Assembly (NCBI GenBank): GCA_033442325.1
Contig: JAWQFM010000007.1
Coordinates: 1,121,261-1,185,260 of the forward strand
Source of the DNA: Salpingoeca rosetta
Lineage: Eukaryota > Protista > Choanoflagellata
Length of the DNA stretch: 64,000 nucleotides
Direction of reading: 5' to 3'
Both the position numbers and the translations under genes were made by a program. Positions 43,164-59,551 of this stretch are shown piece after piece (within the stretch, counting starts at the first letter, position 1; the number at the start of each line of letters is the position of its first letter). The notes beneath the pieces were generated by a model that worked only from the letters and a program-made list of their open reading frames with translations, had not been told where the DNA came from and searched no databases.

Positions 43164-43779
43164 GGGGGGAGTTGTTTGTATCAAGTGTGCGTGTGTGTGT
43201 GTGTATGTGTGCGCGCGCGCGTGTGTGTATTTGTGTGTGACGTGTCGCCCAAGCGTTTGTTGGCGTTACAAACAACCCACTGGAAGCATGGCGCAAGGAT
43301 ATGAGGAAGGAGATACAACTGCGTTCATTCAGCACTTCGCACCTGATCAACAACAAGCTCTGCCAGATCCTTGAAGATGAGAGCAAGGTCGTTGATGCTC
43401 TGGCAAATCGCACGCACGACAGTTTGCAGAAAAAATCGTCATAATGAGCATGAGAGACACCAACCAATTGAACGCAAACGCACAAACACACAAACACACA
43501 CGCAATCACAAAAACAGAGACGTCATGGGCAGACAGACAGATGCACATGATGAAGAATGGCATACTTTGACAATGTTTGTGATTTCTTGTTCGCGCTGTG
43601 CAATTTGCGCGGTGTTGTCGCGTAATTGCTGCTGCTGTGTATCCGTAAACCCCTAGCAGATGTGTTGTGTTGTGTTGTGTTGTGTTGTGTTGTGCGTGTG
43701 TTTGCATGTGTGCATGAGCACAGGTGTAACAGTGCAGCTGCAACAAACCAGCGAAACAGAATAAGGCATACAAGCAGAC

Positions 43780-43822
<43 letters not shown>

Positions 43823-45541
43823 ACACGCACATACACAACAAGACAACGCACTGTGTCGAATGTAATGTCCTCTTCTTCGTCGTCATCCACACCCATCTCC
43901 ATCAGCTCGTCTGTAAAACCGTAGTCCTTCTCCTTTGCCTCGCGCCCACGCATTCCTTGAAAGCGGCGCAGCAAGAAGAAGGGTAAGCGCATGCGTGCGC
44001 GTGTTTGTGTGCGTGTATGTGCGTGCGTGTGTGTGTGTGTGTGTGTGTGTGCACATGGCGTGTGCGTGCACGTGAACGTGTGGTGTAACGAGGGTGTTTG
44101 CGGCGAGCGCCACACAGTGTAAAACAAGGCTGGTCGTCCATGTGCTTACGTTTGAGGTACAGGCCCTGGCCCTTGCGGAAGGATTGTGATAGTTCTTGCA
44201 ACTCCCCTGCGATGGAACGCATGACATTCTGCGTGACGCGTGCTTCCTGTGTGGACCCAGATGCCTTGCCCTGCACACACGTGCACGCGTGTGGGTGTGT
44301 GGTTGGAGTCGGGGAGATGCACAAGCAGGAACATGATGATAAGGATTGGCCATGCTCGAGTTTGCACTTAACACGGGACCGAGGCAGTTCGGCAATACGC
44401 AAGACACAGAAGAGAGACAAAGTGGGGGCAGAGAGACAGAGAGGCACACGAGAAGAGTAGACAAATCGACAGACGCAGACAGCCGGAAGGACAGAGAGAC
44501 AGACAGATCAAAAAACAGACACACACACAGACACACAGACACACACACACACACACACACACACAGAGGCAAGTGCACCTTTCGTCCAATGTTCTGAATC
44601 GTCTTTTGGCAGCGATGAAACATCTATTGCGGTGTGTGGGAGAAGCAGGGATGGGGGAGGGTGAGATGGCATTTGCGTTAAGGCCATGCATGTAGGGCTT
44701 GCACCGCGTCGTGCTGCCATCTCGCACGCAGCGACTTACCCCAGTGATCTCGGAGGTGGCAATCTCAATCTTGCGCTCTTCCTCCGCGTGTTCGTCAAAG
44801 TTTGGCGTGTTGATGTGCTGGTTGTGCATTTGGTTGAGCTCCTTGATGCGCGTGCGAATTGTGTTGATCATCTCCCGAGCCTGGAGAATGGAGCAACGAG
44901 GTGATGGTAGTCGTGAGAGCAGCCCTTGTGCGTGCGTGCGTGTTCGTGTTCGTGTGTGTATGTCTGTATTATGTGCGTGCGTGCGTGTACGTGTGTGTGT
45001 GTGTGTGTGTGTGGATAAACACTCTGTGAACATGCATGCTTTCGTGGATGCACCATCACGTCACGGCCGCCGCGCAAAGTGTGCACTCCGCTGATGATGA
45101 CGTCGTACCTCCTCCACATCGTCCACCCATTCTGGAGGAAGGGAGACTGTCGTCTGTGGCGAGTCCTCGTCCTCGCTCAGCAGCGCATCTCGGTCGTTGA
45201 TGGGCTGGTTGACATGGGCGATGACATTTGAGATCAAACACAGACGTGTGAGCATCTAACAAGGAAGGCCAATCAGCAGCAGCCGATTCGAGCAGCAAAC
45301 GACGGCAGGCACGACACGACGCAGGCACGACAAGATGCGAGATGGCAAGCTCAAGACACAATGGGCTACGATGACAATGGTGATGACAAGCCGCGACCAT
45401 CGCAAACCACAGGGGAGCCATGTGCAAGTTTCCACACCACCTCCCCCACCATCTCCCTACCTGCACGTGACTGCCTGCGCCCCTGCTGCTCCGCGCATTC
45501 CTCCGGCGCACAAACTCCCGCGTCCTGTCGCGATAAGCCAT
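42402..45541 (-). CDS. STX16: Syntaxin-16 (Qa-SNARE, Tlg2 family), multi-exon
   Basis: N-peptide MAYRDRTREF. LPPEWVDDVEE. Habc LQELSQSFRKGQGLYLK. SNARE motif REQEITNIVK|SINDLALIFKDLAELVVDQ|GTILDRIDYNLE. TMD YVIILLVLIVVAMLFALIL. Confidence 0.92.
42657..42905 (+). repeat. (GAGT)n tetranucleotide microsatellite in the last STX16 intron
   Basis: Direct reading. Confidence 0.95.
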
Positions 45542-45700
45542 GGTGGTCGTGGCAGTCAGTGTATGTGGGCAGTGTGTGCGTGTGTGAAGTTGGTTGATGG
45601 GTGAGAGTCGTGAATTTATGTGCTGTTGTTGCTTGTGTTGTTTTGGTTTGTGGCTGCTGCTGTCCTTCGTCCATTCACCCCCAGCGAGCAAGCGACGAGC

Positions 45701-46428
45701 ATGATGCGAACAGGCGTGCGGCTTGCGCTTGCGGTGAGGCTCGGCACTCCACACTGCCGGGTGTGTGTGTGTGTGTGTACCTCTTTGCAATTGTCAAACA
45801 GATAGATCAGACGGACAGGGGGAGGACGACTGGGTGTGCTTCACAATTCACTTGCTCACTGCGTTCTTTGCTTGTTCTTTGCTTGTTCTTTGCTCGCTTC
45901 AGAGGTGTCCCAGTGTCTCAAGACGTGCTGCAACTGCAGCGAACCGGCTGGTCACTGATCCACAGGTGCTCCAGGACAAAGTGGACGCATGGAAGGGGCC
46001 CTACACGCCTGGTGCGCTTCCGCAACGTGTCTTGTCATGGTATCACCCCGTCTGTATCTCTCAAAAGTATCGCTCGAGACCCCTTGCTGTGCCTGTGTGT
46101 GCCTGCATGTCAGGGCCGTGAATGGCCTTTCATGGTGTCCCGCCGATCACGGTATTGCTCTTGGATGGCGCTGTGCGTTGTTGAATGAGGCAGGCCCACT
46201 GACGGAGGCGGAGTTTGAACAGTTCTTCACAGACGGGTTTGTCCTGAAACGTGATATTCTCACACCCGATCTCCTCCACGCTGCGCAAGGCGAAGTGGAA
46301 AAGGTGTGTGTGTGTGCGTGTGTGTTTGTGTTTGTTTGTGCGTGTGTGTGTGTGTGTGTGTGTGTGCTTTTGTGTGTGTGTGTGCTTTTGTGTGTGTGTG
46401 TGTGTGTGCTTTTGTGTGTGTGTGTGTG

Positions 46429-46516
<88 letters not shown>

Positions 46517-47421
46517 TACCCGCGTGGACTCATGCGCTCAAGCGTCGGGTTGCACACACTGGCATACACTGGCTTTGATTTGCCCAACTGCTTTCTCTCT
46601 TCCAATATAACTTTCCCTTATATACTTATCCATCCCAATTCCTTCCCTTCACCGTGCCAGGAAGTGGACGAGGTTGCTCGCGCCCTATTTGCAGCGGGAA
46701 AGATCACGGTGTGCTTGCACTTGCGCCAACAGTGTCTTATTGAGTGGATCGAGTGCTTGTGTTCCCCTGCTGTTGGCATTGCCTGTGTCATTTGGCTTTG
46801 CCTCGCGGGCGATGTCTCTGTCAACACCGCCCATCCCATCCTGCTCTTGCCAATTCGCCACACTCTCAGTGACATTATGTCATGTTATGCTCCACTGCGA
46901 CGTGTCATCGCAACACGCATGTATGCCTTCACCGTGACACCAGGATTTGTGTGAGAAGGAGGGCTTCTTTTCCCGCTTGACTGCGTTGGAGAAGCAGTTT
47001 CCACACGTCTCTGTTCTTCTTCATAAGCGAGGCGTTCTTCGCCCAGGCGTGCGGCAGTGAGTCTCACGCACACCTGCGAAACAGCTCTGACTTTAACCAC
47101 ACGACCACCGTTGCTGTGCAATTCACCCTTCGTTGTTGCTCATGGCAATGAATGTGTTCACTCCGAGTCCACCACTGTTCTCTTCGCCTCCGTCTTTCTT
47201 CAGGCTGTGGTCTGCACCGGTGCTGCTCGACATTGCACAGCAAATCATCGGCCCCGACATTGCGGCACATCCCGTGTGGAACCTGCGTTGCAAGGTGTGC
47301 ATGTGGGAGTGTGTGTGAGTTTGTGTGTGTTCATGTGCGTGTGAGTACATTTGTTGTGTTTGTGTGACACAGAGAGTGTGTATGTGCGTGTGTGCGTGTG
47401 CGTGTGTGCGTGTGCGTGTGC

Positions 47422-47471
<50 letters not shown>

Positions 47472-48834
47472 CTTGAGAATGCATTCCTTGGCTTTGGCGT
47501 ACTTCTTTTCTGTGGTGCGTATTGACTGCCGTCCTGTTACTTGGCTGCTGCTCTGAATCATCTAGACCCCACAGCAAGAGCAAGCCACCGTGCCATGGCA
47601 CCAAGACATTGCGTACCTGGACGAAGAGTGCTGGTCAACGCTGCAGGTCTGTCATCTTCTTACTTTGACGAAAAGACTTCGAGGGGAAGTCTTTGGCTCC
47701 ATCAACACACACACACACATGTGCACACACACATGTGCTCACGTACACAGACACACACACACACACATGCACACACGCACACGCGCACACACACATGCAC
47801 ACACGCACACGCGCACACACACAATTTGATTAGTTGACGGCGTGGGTTCCGCTGTTGGATGCAAACGAGGAGAATGGCTGCATGCAAGTTGTTCGTGGTG
47901 GCCACAGGACCGGAAGAGCAGCGCACCACACATGCTGTGCGGGGGGCACCTGGTACGTTTTTGTGTGCACCTGTTTACGTGTCTCAGTGTGTGTGCATGT
48001 TGATGTGCGTTGACGTGTGTTGATGTGTGTTGATGTTACTGTGTGTTGCTGTGTGTTCCTATTTATGTGCGCATGTTGATGTGTGTTGACGTGTTGACGT
48101 GTTGGCTCCATGTTGCTGGCTCCTGCTTGTGATGGCGTATTGTCTGGCGTGATGTTAACTTGAGCGACCAACCCCCACCCCCGGACTGCTGTTGCTGCTC
48201 TTACAGGTATGTGGACTTGCCGGAGGAGCAGATAGAGGATGTGCTGGAGTGCAACATGGCGACGGATGTCGTCACTTGTCCAGTGCCAAAGGGCTCCGTG
48301 CTGCTCCTCAACAACCTCATCCCACACCGCTCCCTCAACAACATGTCCCCAAACATTCGCTGGAGCTTTGATCTGCGGTGGCAGAGCCCCCATGAGCCAA
48401 CGGGCTTTTGTACGTGTCCATGGTTGTGCGTTGCTGTGTGGTTGCATGTGTCAGTGTCTGCATGCATCCGTGCATCTGCGTGTGCTCGCCTGGTTGAGTG
48501 TGCTTGGTGCGCTTGTTTGTGATGGTCCTTGTTTGTGATGATGTTTGTGGCAGTGGTGGTAAGCGCCATGCACTGCCACGGCCTTTTCCCATTGCTGCAC
48601 GCAACTCACTCTACATTGTCATGCACATGTGTGCATGTGTGGCTGCAGCCGGGATCAAGGAAACCTTACCGATGCGCATGGGCGGCAACAAGGACTTCAA
48701 CATCAACTGGGACAAGTGGGCACGGGAGGTGAGCGCAACGGCACTGCCATCAGCGTTAAAGAGATTATGTTGGCTGTTGTTCCACATGCGAACAGCTTTG
48801 CTCATGCCACGCGTGTGTGTGCGTGCGTCATCAT

Positions 48835-48908
<74 letters not shown>

Positions 48909-49114
48909 AGCAGGATCGCCACACGGGCATGACTGAGGCTGCACAACGCAGATCAGCGGCAGCAGGCGCGGACGGGACCAGAGAGAACACCACGAGCAGT
49001 GATGACGAGAAGGAGTTTGACACAACCATTGTTGGGCCGTGGATGCACCGCTGGCCAATCACACACCACAACCGACACACGCGCGCCCTGATGCGCAGCT
49101 CAAACAACACGTGA
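45701..49114 (+). CDS. Phytanoyl-CoA dioxygenase (PhyH) family Fe(II)/2-oxoglutarate oxygenase, multi-exon
   Basis: [16 protein letters not shown]. HxD motif in [46 protein letters not shown]...IRWSFDLRW supplies the distal His and the 2OG-binding Arg. Confidence 0.88.
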
Positions 49115-49260
49115 ACAACACATGTGAGACATGATGTGAGACATGTTTTGAACACATCTTCAGTGTCCGTGTGCGTGTCAACCAACGAACAACCACCTGC
49201 TGCTCATAAACGAACGAACGCCCACTCGCTTGCATGTGAAAAGCGGACATCACCAACACG

Positions 49261-49429
49261 ATGAGCGAGGTTGAGGATGCTTATGGTGGCGTGTACGAAG
49301 ACGTGTTGGAGAGTGACTCAGACACAGACTCGGACGCCTCATTGGTGGGTGTGTGTTGCAGCAGCCATGTGTGTGTGTGTGTGTGCGTGTGTGTGAGTGT
49401 GTGTGGGCGAGAGAGCGAGTGTGCGTGTG

Positions 49430-49497
<68 letters not shown>

Positions 49498-49534
49498 CGA
49501 GAGAGCGAGTGTGCGTGTGCTTTTGTGTGTGTGT

Positions 49535-49565
<31 letters not shown>

Positions 49566-51324
49566 AGTGTCAGTGTGTGTGTGTGTGTATGTATTGCGTT
49601 TACATCTGCTCACCAGTGTGCTCGCGCCTGATGCTGTTGGTGAGCAGGATGAGCTGCCAGCGGAGTGGCCGCCCGCATATGCTCGTACAGAAACGGGCGA
49701 GGGAAGTGACAGCGATACGCAGGATGCAGAGACACGCACGCCACAGCAGGAGGAAGAGGATGGACCCGTAGCGGAGGAGGTTAAGGCGAGCGCACAAGGC
49801 AAGAACGACGAAGCCGTGCTCGCGTCGAAGGTGGTCGGACGGGATGATGCGGCGAATGCCAGTGGGCAGGCAGTGAGGGAAGGCGACGACGATGCAAGTA
49901 CGAAGGCAACAGGCGCCAGCAACACAGACACCGATACCGCCGAGGACAGCAAGGAGCAGGTCAACGCTGACGATGCTCAAGATGCTGAAGCTGGTGGAGA
50001 TGCTGTTGACCCGTCATCCAAATGGAAGGACATCCTTGCCCGCTGCCGCGCTCTCGGGCTTCCAACGTGCGAAACCTGTATGCGTGTGTGTCTGTGTGTC
50101 TGTGTGTGTGTGTGTGTCTGTGTGTGTGTGTGTCTGTGTGTGTCTGTGTGTGTCTGTGTGTGTCTGTGTGTGTCTGTGTGTGTCTGTGTGTGTGTGTGTG
50201 CAAAGGCACCTCGCCTGCTAACCCTTGCGGCGTGGTTCATCTGCGTCTGTTCATTCAGTGAGGCGAACGTATCTGAGTACGACCGCACCCTCATCCACTG
50301 CACCTTGCGCATGCAAGACCACAAGACAGGTGTGTTGGTGTGTGTTGCGTGCTTGCACCGTCTATTGATTTGTCCTTCGTGCACTCATGTATGTGGTCGG
50401 TGGCTTGCTTCTCTAATGCTTGCTTGCTTGCTTGCTCATGCAATGTGCCATCTCACCTTTGGCGAGCTTGCTTGTGCGTGTGCGTGTGCGTGTGCGTGTG
50501 GCGTTGCATTGCCTCCAGGTGCGACAACCAAGACGGCCGTGGTGCGTTCATTGAAGGATATGGAGGGTGTGTTGAAGCAGGTCGAAGATCACTACTCCCC
50601 TGCAGGATGGACGCTTGTGTGGTGCGAAGACCTCTCACGGCACTATTACATCAACAAGGACACAGGTGGGCAAGGCTGCGCATGTGCTTGCGTGTGTTTG
50701 GAGGAAGGGGGGGGGCAAAGGGGTTGCTTGGTTGATTCGGGTGTTGTGTACAAAGTTGTGTGTGTGTGTGTGTGTGTGTGTGGTGGTATGTGTGTGTGTG
50801 TGCCTGGTGTACTTGTGTGTGTGTGTGTGCCTGGTGTACTTGTGTGTGTGTGTGTGTGCCTGGTGTACTTGTGTGTAAGTGGCTGGTGTGCTTGTGTGTG
50901 TAAGTGTATGTGCAAGTGGGCCATGCCAGGCCTTTCGGTGTTACATCATCCTCACTGAAAGCAACATGTACTCAGGGGCAACGAGTTGGGAGGTCCCTTC
51001 ATCGTCAACACAAGCGAGTACTGACGGGAGCTCACAACCTGCGGCGAAACGCAGCAAGCGCGCCGACGTCGCCGTCATGCCACGCTCTCGTCGCTCGTAC
51101 GTGCCCTGACTTCTTTGACTTGCGGCCCTCTCGCTATCCACACAACACAACACAACACAACACAACACAGCACAACACAACACAACACAACACACGATTG
51201 CATGCGAGTGGTGTGTTGTTTGTTCGATTGTCACACCATTACGAGCTCACGATGTGTGGTATCACTTTGCCGTTTTAGGGCCAAGAAGCTGGCGTCCATC
51301 TTCAAGCAGTGGCAATCGTCCTAA
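49261..51324 (+). CDS. FNBP4: FNBP4-like WW-domain protein (compact form)
   Basis: RCRALGL...[22 protein letters not shown]|[48 protein letters not shown]|GATSWEVP, and C-terminal [11 protein letters not shown]. These parallel remembered FNBP4 segments TETRIADWREG...LKQYE...PKGW...W.FP and SLVKKWQS. Confidence 0.65.
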
Positions 51325-51732
51325 TGTGGTGAACGCATCCAGCTCAAGATGCTGTCTCTCTATCGTAACAGATCCCCTCGCCCTTCCCCCTTTCCACCCG
51401 CGTGTGTTTCTTGCTTTTGCTCATCATAAATGCCTCACACCCAGACCAGGATGCAACCAATGTGACAAAGAAGAGATAGACACACAGAGAATAGGAGAGG
51501 AGAGGAGGGAAAGCAGAGAAGGGAGCAGCAGAGCAAGGACGGCAAGTCATGGTGGTGCTGAGCTGAGCAAAGGGCGACAGACACAACAACACAACACAGG
51601 CTGCCATTGCTGAAATTATGTTAAAGATTTGAGTAAAAATTCTACATTCACCGCCACTCCGCCACTCCAAACAAACCACCAACGTCCCTCATCTTCTTGC
51701 TTCAGAGCTCCAGTCACAGCCACCGCCAGAGC

Positions 51733-54700
51733 ATGCCTGCAGAAGCGGAGACGGAGAAGCAGCTGTGGACGTCCATCCTCAACGATGTGACGGCACACAC
51801 GCGCACGCGCCACTTGCCCAAGCGCCATGTCGTCGTTCTTGGTGGGAATGCAGCTGCCTTTTTGTTTTGAGACTGGGGGTGTGAGTGTGAGCGTGTGAGT
51901 GTGTGAGTATGAGTGTGTGAGTGTGTGAGTATGAGTGTGTGAGTGTGTGAGTGAGTATGGGTGTGAGTGTGTGAGTGTGTGAGTGTGAGTAAGTGAGTGA
52001 GTATGGGTGTGAGTGTGAGAGTGTGTGAGTGTGAGTGTTTGTTTGGTTTGGGTGCGAGTTTCCTCGCACATGACGGACAAGAGATCATGTCAGATTCGGG
52101 CACCATCAAACACAAGCACACAATCACACCATCACACACGCAAATGCACACACAAACACAAGCACACAATCATACACGCAAATGCACACACATACACAAG
52201 CACACAATCACACACACGCACACATACCTTGTGTGCCATTCGTTCCATCCACACTCACCTTCGGCATCGTCGGTCCACTGTAGGTGATGAGGGCAGCGGC
52301 AAGTCGTCTTTGATCGCACGGCTGCAAGGCAAACCATACAACCCAGAGGATCACCCGCTCGGAACGGGTCTTGAATACACATACATCGACGTCAAAGACG
52401 AAGAGACGGAAGGTGCGGGTGCTCGTGACGTTGTATGTGGCTTTGTGTGTGTGTGTGTGTGTGTTGTGTGTTGTGTGTTGTGTGCAAGTGTACGCGACCG
52501 TGTGTAATCGCGTTCCTTGTGCATATGTACACACGCCGGCACGCGTTGAATTCTTGTGTCTGCTGCACGTTCGCCACAATCTCTCTCCCGCACTCCCTCT
52601 CACTCACACACGCCCTCCCACGCTCTCTCGCCCACTCTCACAACATCCTCGCGCTCGCTCACATCCTCCGCTTCTGTGTAGATGTAATTGGCCGTTTGGG
52701 GGTGTACACGTTGGATGGCAACGAGCAACACAAAGGCCTCTTGCAGTTTGTTTGCAACGAAGAGCAGCTGGAGAACACGCTCTTCCTCATCTGCCTCGAC
52801 TACTCCAAACCATGGTGTGTGCGTCATGTGGAAGCCACGTGCTCTGTTTGCACCCTCACACTCCATCTCGTTTGACATGACATGACACGCCTGCGCCCCT
52901 TCCCCCTCCCTTGCTCGCGGTCACGCACGTACGAGAACCCGCAGCTGCCATCCTTTCTCATGCAACCTTGTCCATCTCGTTGTGTTTGCCGTGACCTTCT
53001 GCACCTCAAAGGAATCTGCTTTCGAGCCTGGAGCGATGGGTCGATGTCATGTCCAACTACCTCAGCCAATTCGAAGGATCAGAGACCATGGACAAACTCA
53101 AGGCAGACCGTGAGTGCCACACGTTTGCCCTGATGCTTATGCTTTCACGGCCAGCGGACATGCATGCGCGCTGGTGTGTATGTGTGGGGAGGGGGATAAG
53201 CGTTGGCGACAGTTCCCCTGTCAGCTCTCACTTTTGATGCGTGTATGTGTTTCACGCGTGTATACATGTATGTGTGTGTGATTTGCTCTTTTTGTGCCCA
53301 ACCAACAGTGAAGCTGTACTTTCAGAAGTTCACAGAGCCTGGTGAATCGAACGAAGAGGGTCGAGACGACGACGATGATGACGACGACACGCTGCTGCCG
53401 CTCGAGGAACACGTGCTCACCGTCAACTTTGGCGTGCCCGTTGTTGTCGTCCTCACAAAGGTGCGTGCAATGTGTGTATGTGTTTGGGTGTTGTTGTTTG
53501 TTTGTACATGCGTCTGCATGCACCTCTGTGTGTGTGTGTGTGTGCTCTTGTTGCTTGTAGATTTGTCTGGATGTATCTGTGTACATGTGAGAGTGCTTGT
53601 GTGTGCGTCATGGATGAAGAGAGCCCAGCCTTGCTGTACGTGCGACCAACCGACTCACGGGCTGACTCGCGGACCGGCCTGACTTGCGTGCCACGTGCCC
53701 CCATTCGTTGCACCAGTGCGATGCAATGCCAACACTGCGCAAAGACCACGACCTGCAGGGCCAGCACTTTGACTTTATCCAGATGAAGATCCGGTGAGTG
53801 GCGGTGGCGGCTGCTGCAACGACTGCTTGTTCTCGTGTGGCTGCGCCCAATTCGTTTCGTGCTCGCAGTGCAATGAAAAGCCAATGCCCAATGAATGCTT
53901 GCGCCCTGTTTCTTTACCGTTGCTCCCATTTGCATGCGTGCCATGCCACGCTTTGTTTTTCAATTCACACACACACACACACGCACACACACGCACACAC
54001 ATGTGCGCAGGGAGTTTTGCATGACGTATGGCGCTGCTGTTGTGTACACGGGTCGTGACGGCACGAACAAGGACCGCCTGTATCGGTACCTCCTCCATCG
54101 CGCATACCAGTTCCCGCTCAAGGACCCAGCAGACATCACAAAGCCAGAGACAACATTCATCCCCAGCGGTACGCACGGCTGCACCGCACCGCACTTCGCA
54201 TGCGTACGCGTATGCGTATGCGTGTGTATTCTCATGTGGGGCGTGCATGCCCGTGTACAAGTGACTACACTTTGTTGCAGCGAGCGAGCGACGGCTTCCT
54301 TGACAGTGTCTCTTTTGCTTTTGCTGTGCATGACATGCTGTGAGTGAGTGCCTTGACCCCCGTCTCCATCACCACCATGTGCCACCATGTGCCACAGCGT
54401 GGGACAGCATGGCGAAGATCAGCGTGCTGCGAGGTCATTCGCGCTCCCATCCAGCAAAAGGTCAGCAGCGGGTGGTTTCAGGCAGTGTTATTGTGTGTGT
54501 GTGTGTGTGTCTGTGTCTGTGTCTGTGCGTGTCTGCGTCTGTGTCTATGTGTGCGTGTGCGTGCGTGAGTGCGTGCGTGTGTCTGTGTCTGTGTATGTGT
54601 CTGTGTGTGTGTGCGTGTGTTATTTCCTTCCACCTGTTCGTGCTCCCTGCGCTTTTGCTGTGCGTTTCTTTGTGCTGTTCCACCCAGCGTCTTATTCCTT

Positions 54701-55807
54701 TTTTGTCTCATTTCGCCTGCTTCAACTCCCCCTCCTTCTCCTCCGTTGTCTCCGATGATCACTTCCGCCAGTTCAAAGAGGAAGTGGTTGAGGTGCAGGA
54801 TGAACAGGAGTTTCTGAAGCAACAGCAGGCTCGCCTCGGTCGCGCCACCAACCTTGTCGACGGCCTCACGCGGCGCGAGTACGTCGCAGCGCGTGTGCTC
54901 CCGTGTTAGCTGTGCAGTTGACGCTTTATATTCACGTTCACTATGTCTCTTTGTCGCTCACGAACGCACAAATGCTCACGCACGCACACACGCACACGCA
55001 CACGCACACACTTGATCCTGCAGGTCGCTGCGCGTGTCGCGAGGCAGCATGTCGCGGGCGTCTGGTGGAAAGCTCGGCGGCGTGTCGTCCCTGCTCGGCG
55101 CCAGCAGCACCAGTGCAGCATCGTCGTCGCCTGCAGGCAATGGCGCGGGGCAGCAGCCCGTCCCCACCACCACCGCCTCCTCGTCCTCTACCACCACCAC
55201 CACGCCTGTTGCCACGACTGCATCGTCCACAGCCGCCACGGGCGCCGCAGACAGGAGAGCTGGATCCACCAGCCCAACAAAGGCGCCAGCCACCCCGGTA
55301 CGTGTTTGATTGTTGTGTTTGTGGTTTTGGTTGTGGTTGTGGTTGTGGTTTTGGTTTTGGTTTTAGTTGTGGTTGTAGATGTGCTGTGCGGTGTTGTTTT
55401 TGTGATTGTGTTGTTTGTGTGCTTGAATGTGGTCATCGTTTTGTGGCTTCGTCTCCTCATGTTTTGACACGCGCGGCTGTGCATGTAGTCCAAAGGCGGT
55501 GACGCGAGCCAGAACGACGTGCTTGCAAACTTCTTCAACAGCCTGCTGCAGCAGAAGTCGGCGACTCCACAGCGTGGCGATGCTGCCGCTGCTCTTTCCA
55601 GGTGAAATGGGCAGTGCATTGACCTTTTGCGATGCTGCGTTGCTTTGTCATGTGCTGCGTTGTCTTGTCATGTGCTGCGTTGTTCATTGTGCTGTCCCGT
55701 CACCTAACCACATACACACATGTGCGCGTGCACACACACATACACACACAAACTTCCACTCCACTCCCACTCACACACACTCACACATGCGCAGCTTGAA
55801 GAAGTGA
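51733..55807 (+). CDS. DYNC1LI: Cytoplasmic dynein 1 light intermediate chain, multi-exon
   Basis: LWTSILNDV, P-loop VL|GDEGSGKSSLIARLQG, GTGLEYTYIDVKD, NFGVPVVVVLTK, FCMTYGAA, FIPS|AWDS, and adaptor-binding helix VLANFFNSLL. The stop is at 55605 (unspliced) or 55807 (terminal micro-exon). Confidence 0.93.
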
Positions 55808-55915
55808 AGCTGGCACACAAAGAGCCAAACTGCCACCACAACCTGTTCTTTTCCATTCATTTCATTTGTCTGTTGTTGCCACAATTACCACTGCTTGCCG
55901 ACTGCATGCTGTCGT

Positions 55916-56027
<112 letters not shown>

Positions 56028-56641
56028 CCACGCCCTCTCGCTCCTCGCGTCGCTTCGTCATCATCATTGTCATCATTGTGGTCGTATGTGCTTGCGATGA
56101 TGACTCGACGACAAAAGTGCTGACGCCCCAAAATAGAAAATTCGTCCATTTTCACCTCAAGTTGACTGGCAGATTGGCTGGAAGGACACCAGCACAAACA
56201 GCAGAAGCAGCACAACCATTTCCATCCACACACAACACACAGCACAACACAAACAGCGGTGGTGAGTTGGATGTGTCCTTGTGTTGGTTTTGTTGTTTGT
56301 TGTGCTGATGTCGCACCGCTCCACTGCCTTTGGTTCCGAAGTGACTGTGTGACATTGTGACTATGGCGATGTGTGTTGCCCTGCGGTGTCTGCTTTCTGC
56401 TGCTGGTGTTTTTATGGGCCGTGTTGCGTTCTCGCAGTGGGTGTGACGTCAATGTGTCCGGTTGTGCAATGTGGGGGAGCGTGATGCTTCTCCCGCAGCT
56501 CAAACACGCCGGTGGAGGTGATGAGCTGTACAGCCCCCCTCCCCCTTCCACCTCTGCCCTGTGCCCACCTCATCCCACGATTTCCTCTCGGCCTTGATTG
56601 CATTCTCACGGGTTTCGAATGTGCCTGCCTGTCCCTGTTCA

Positions 56642-56678
<37 letters not shown>

Positions 56679-56879
56679 ACAGGAGCGCCAGTCAAGTAAC
56701 AGCCAACATACGGACAACCCCCCCCCCCAAAGCGACAGCACCCACGACAGCCAACTCACACCAGGCAAGAAAAGCAGGCAGTTACAATCATCCAAAGCCA
56801 ATCCACCACACCAACCACAGAAAAGCCCATTGAACACCCGAGCCAACCCAACAAGTTCCACCTGTACCAAGCTGACATC

Positions 56880-59202
<2,323 letters not shown>

Positions 59203-59483
59203 GCACTCGTGCAGGGGCAGGCGTGCCAATGTAGATGTTGGGGGAGGGGGGAATGTCGATGCACGATGATGGAGTGGTGTTGAGTGTGAAGAGCGTACAT
59301 GTGGGGTGATATGGTTAGTGCCTGTGCTTGTGTTTGTATGTGTGTGTGTGTGTGTCGTGTGTTTGTGAGTGCGGTTATGCATACTTCTTCAGTTGGCATA
59401 CGATGTGTACATTCATTTCTTTCATTCATCTGGTCACTGCAACGTGTTGCACTGTTCAAGTCTGGTTTTGGTTTTGTATGTGC

Positions 59484-59551
<68 letters not shown>

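Noticed and set aside
56094-56315. Possible C/D-box snoRNA (ATGATGA ... CTGA with a short tgcga/tcgca stem)
   Set aside because: The motifs are short enough to occur by chance and I could not identify an rRNA-complementary guide. It needs Infernal/snoscan and small-RNA data.
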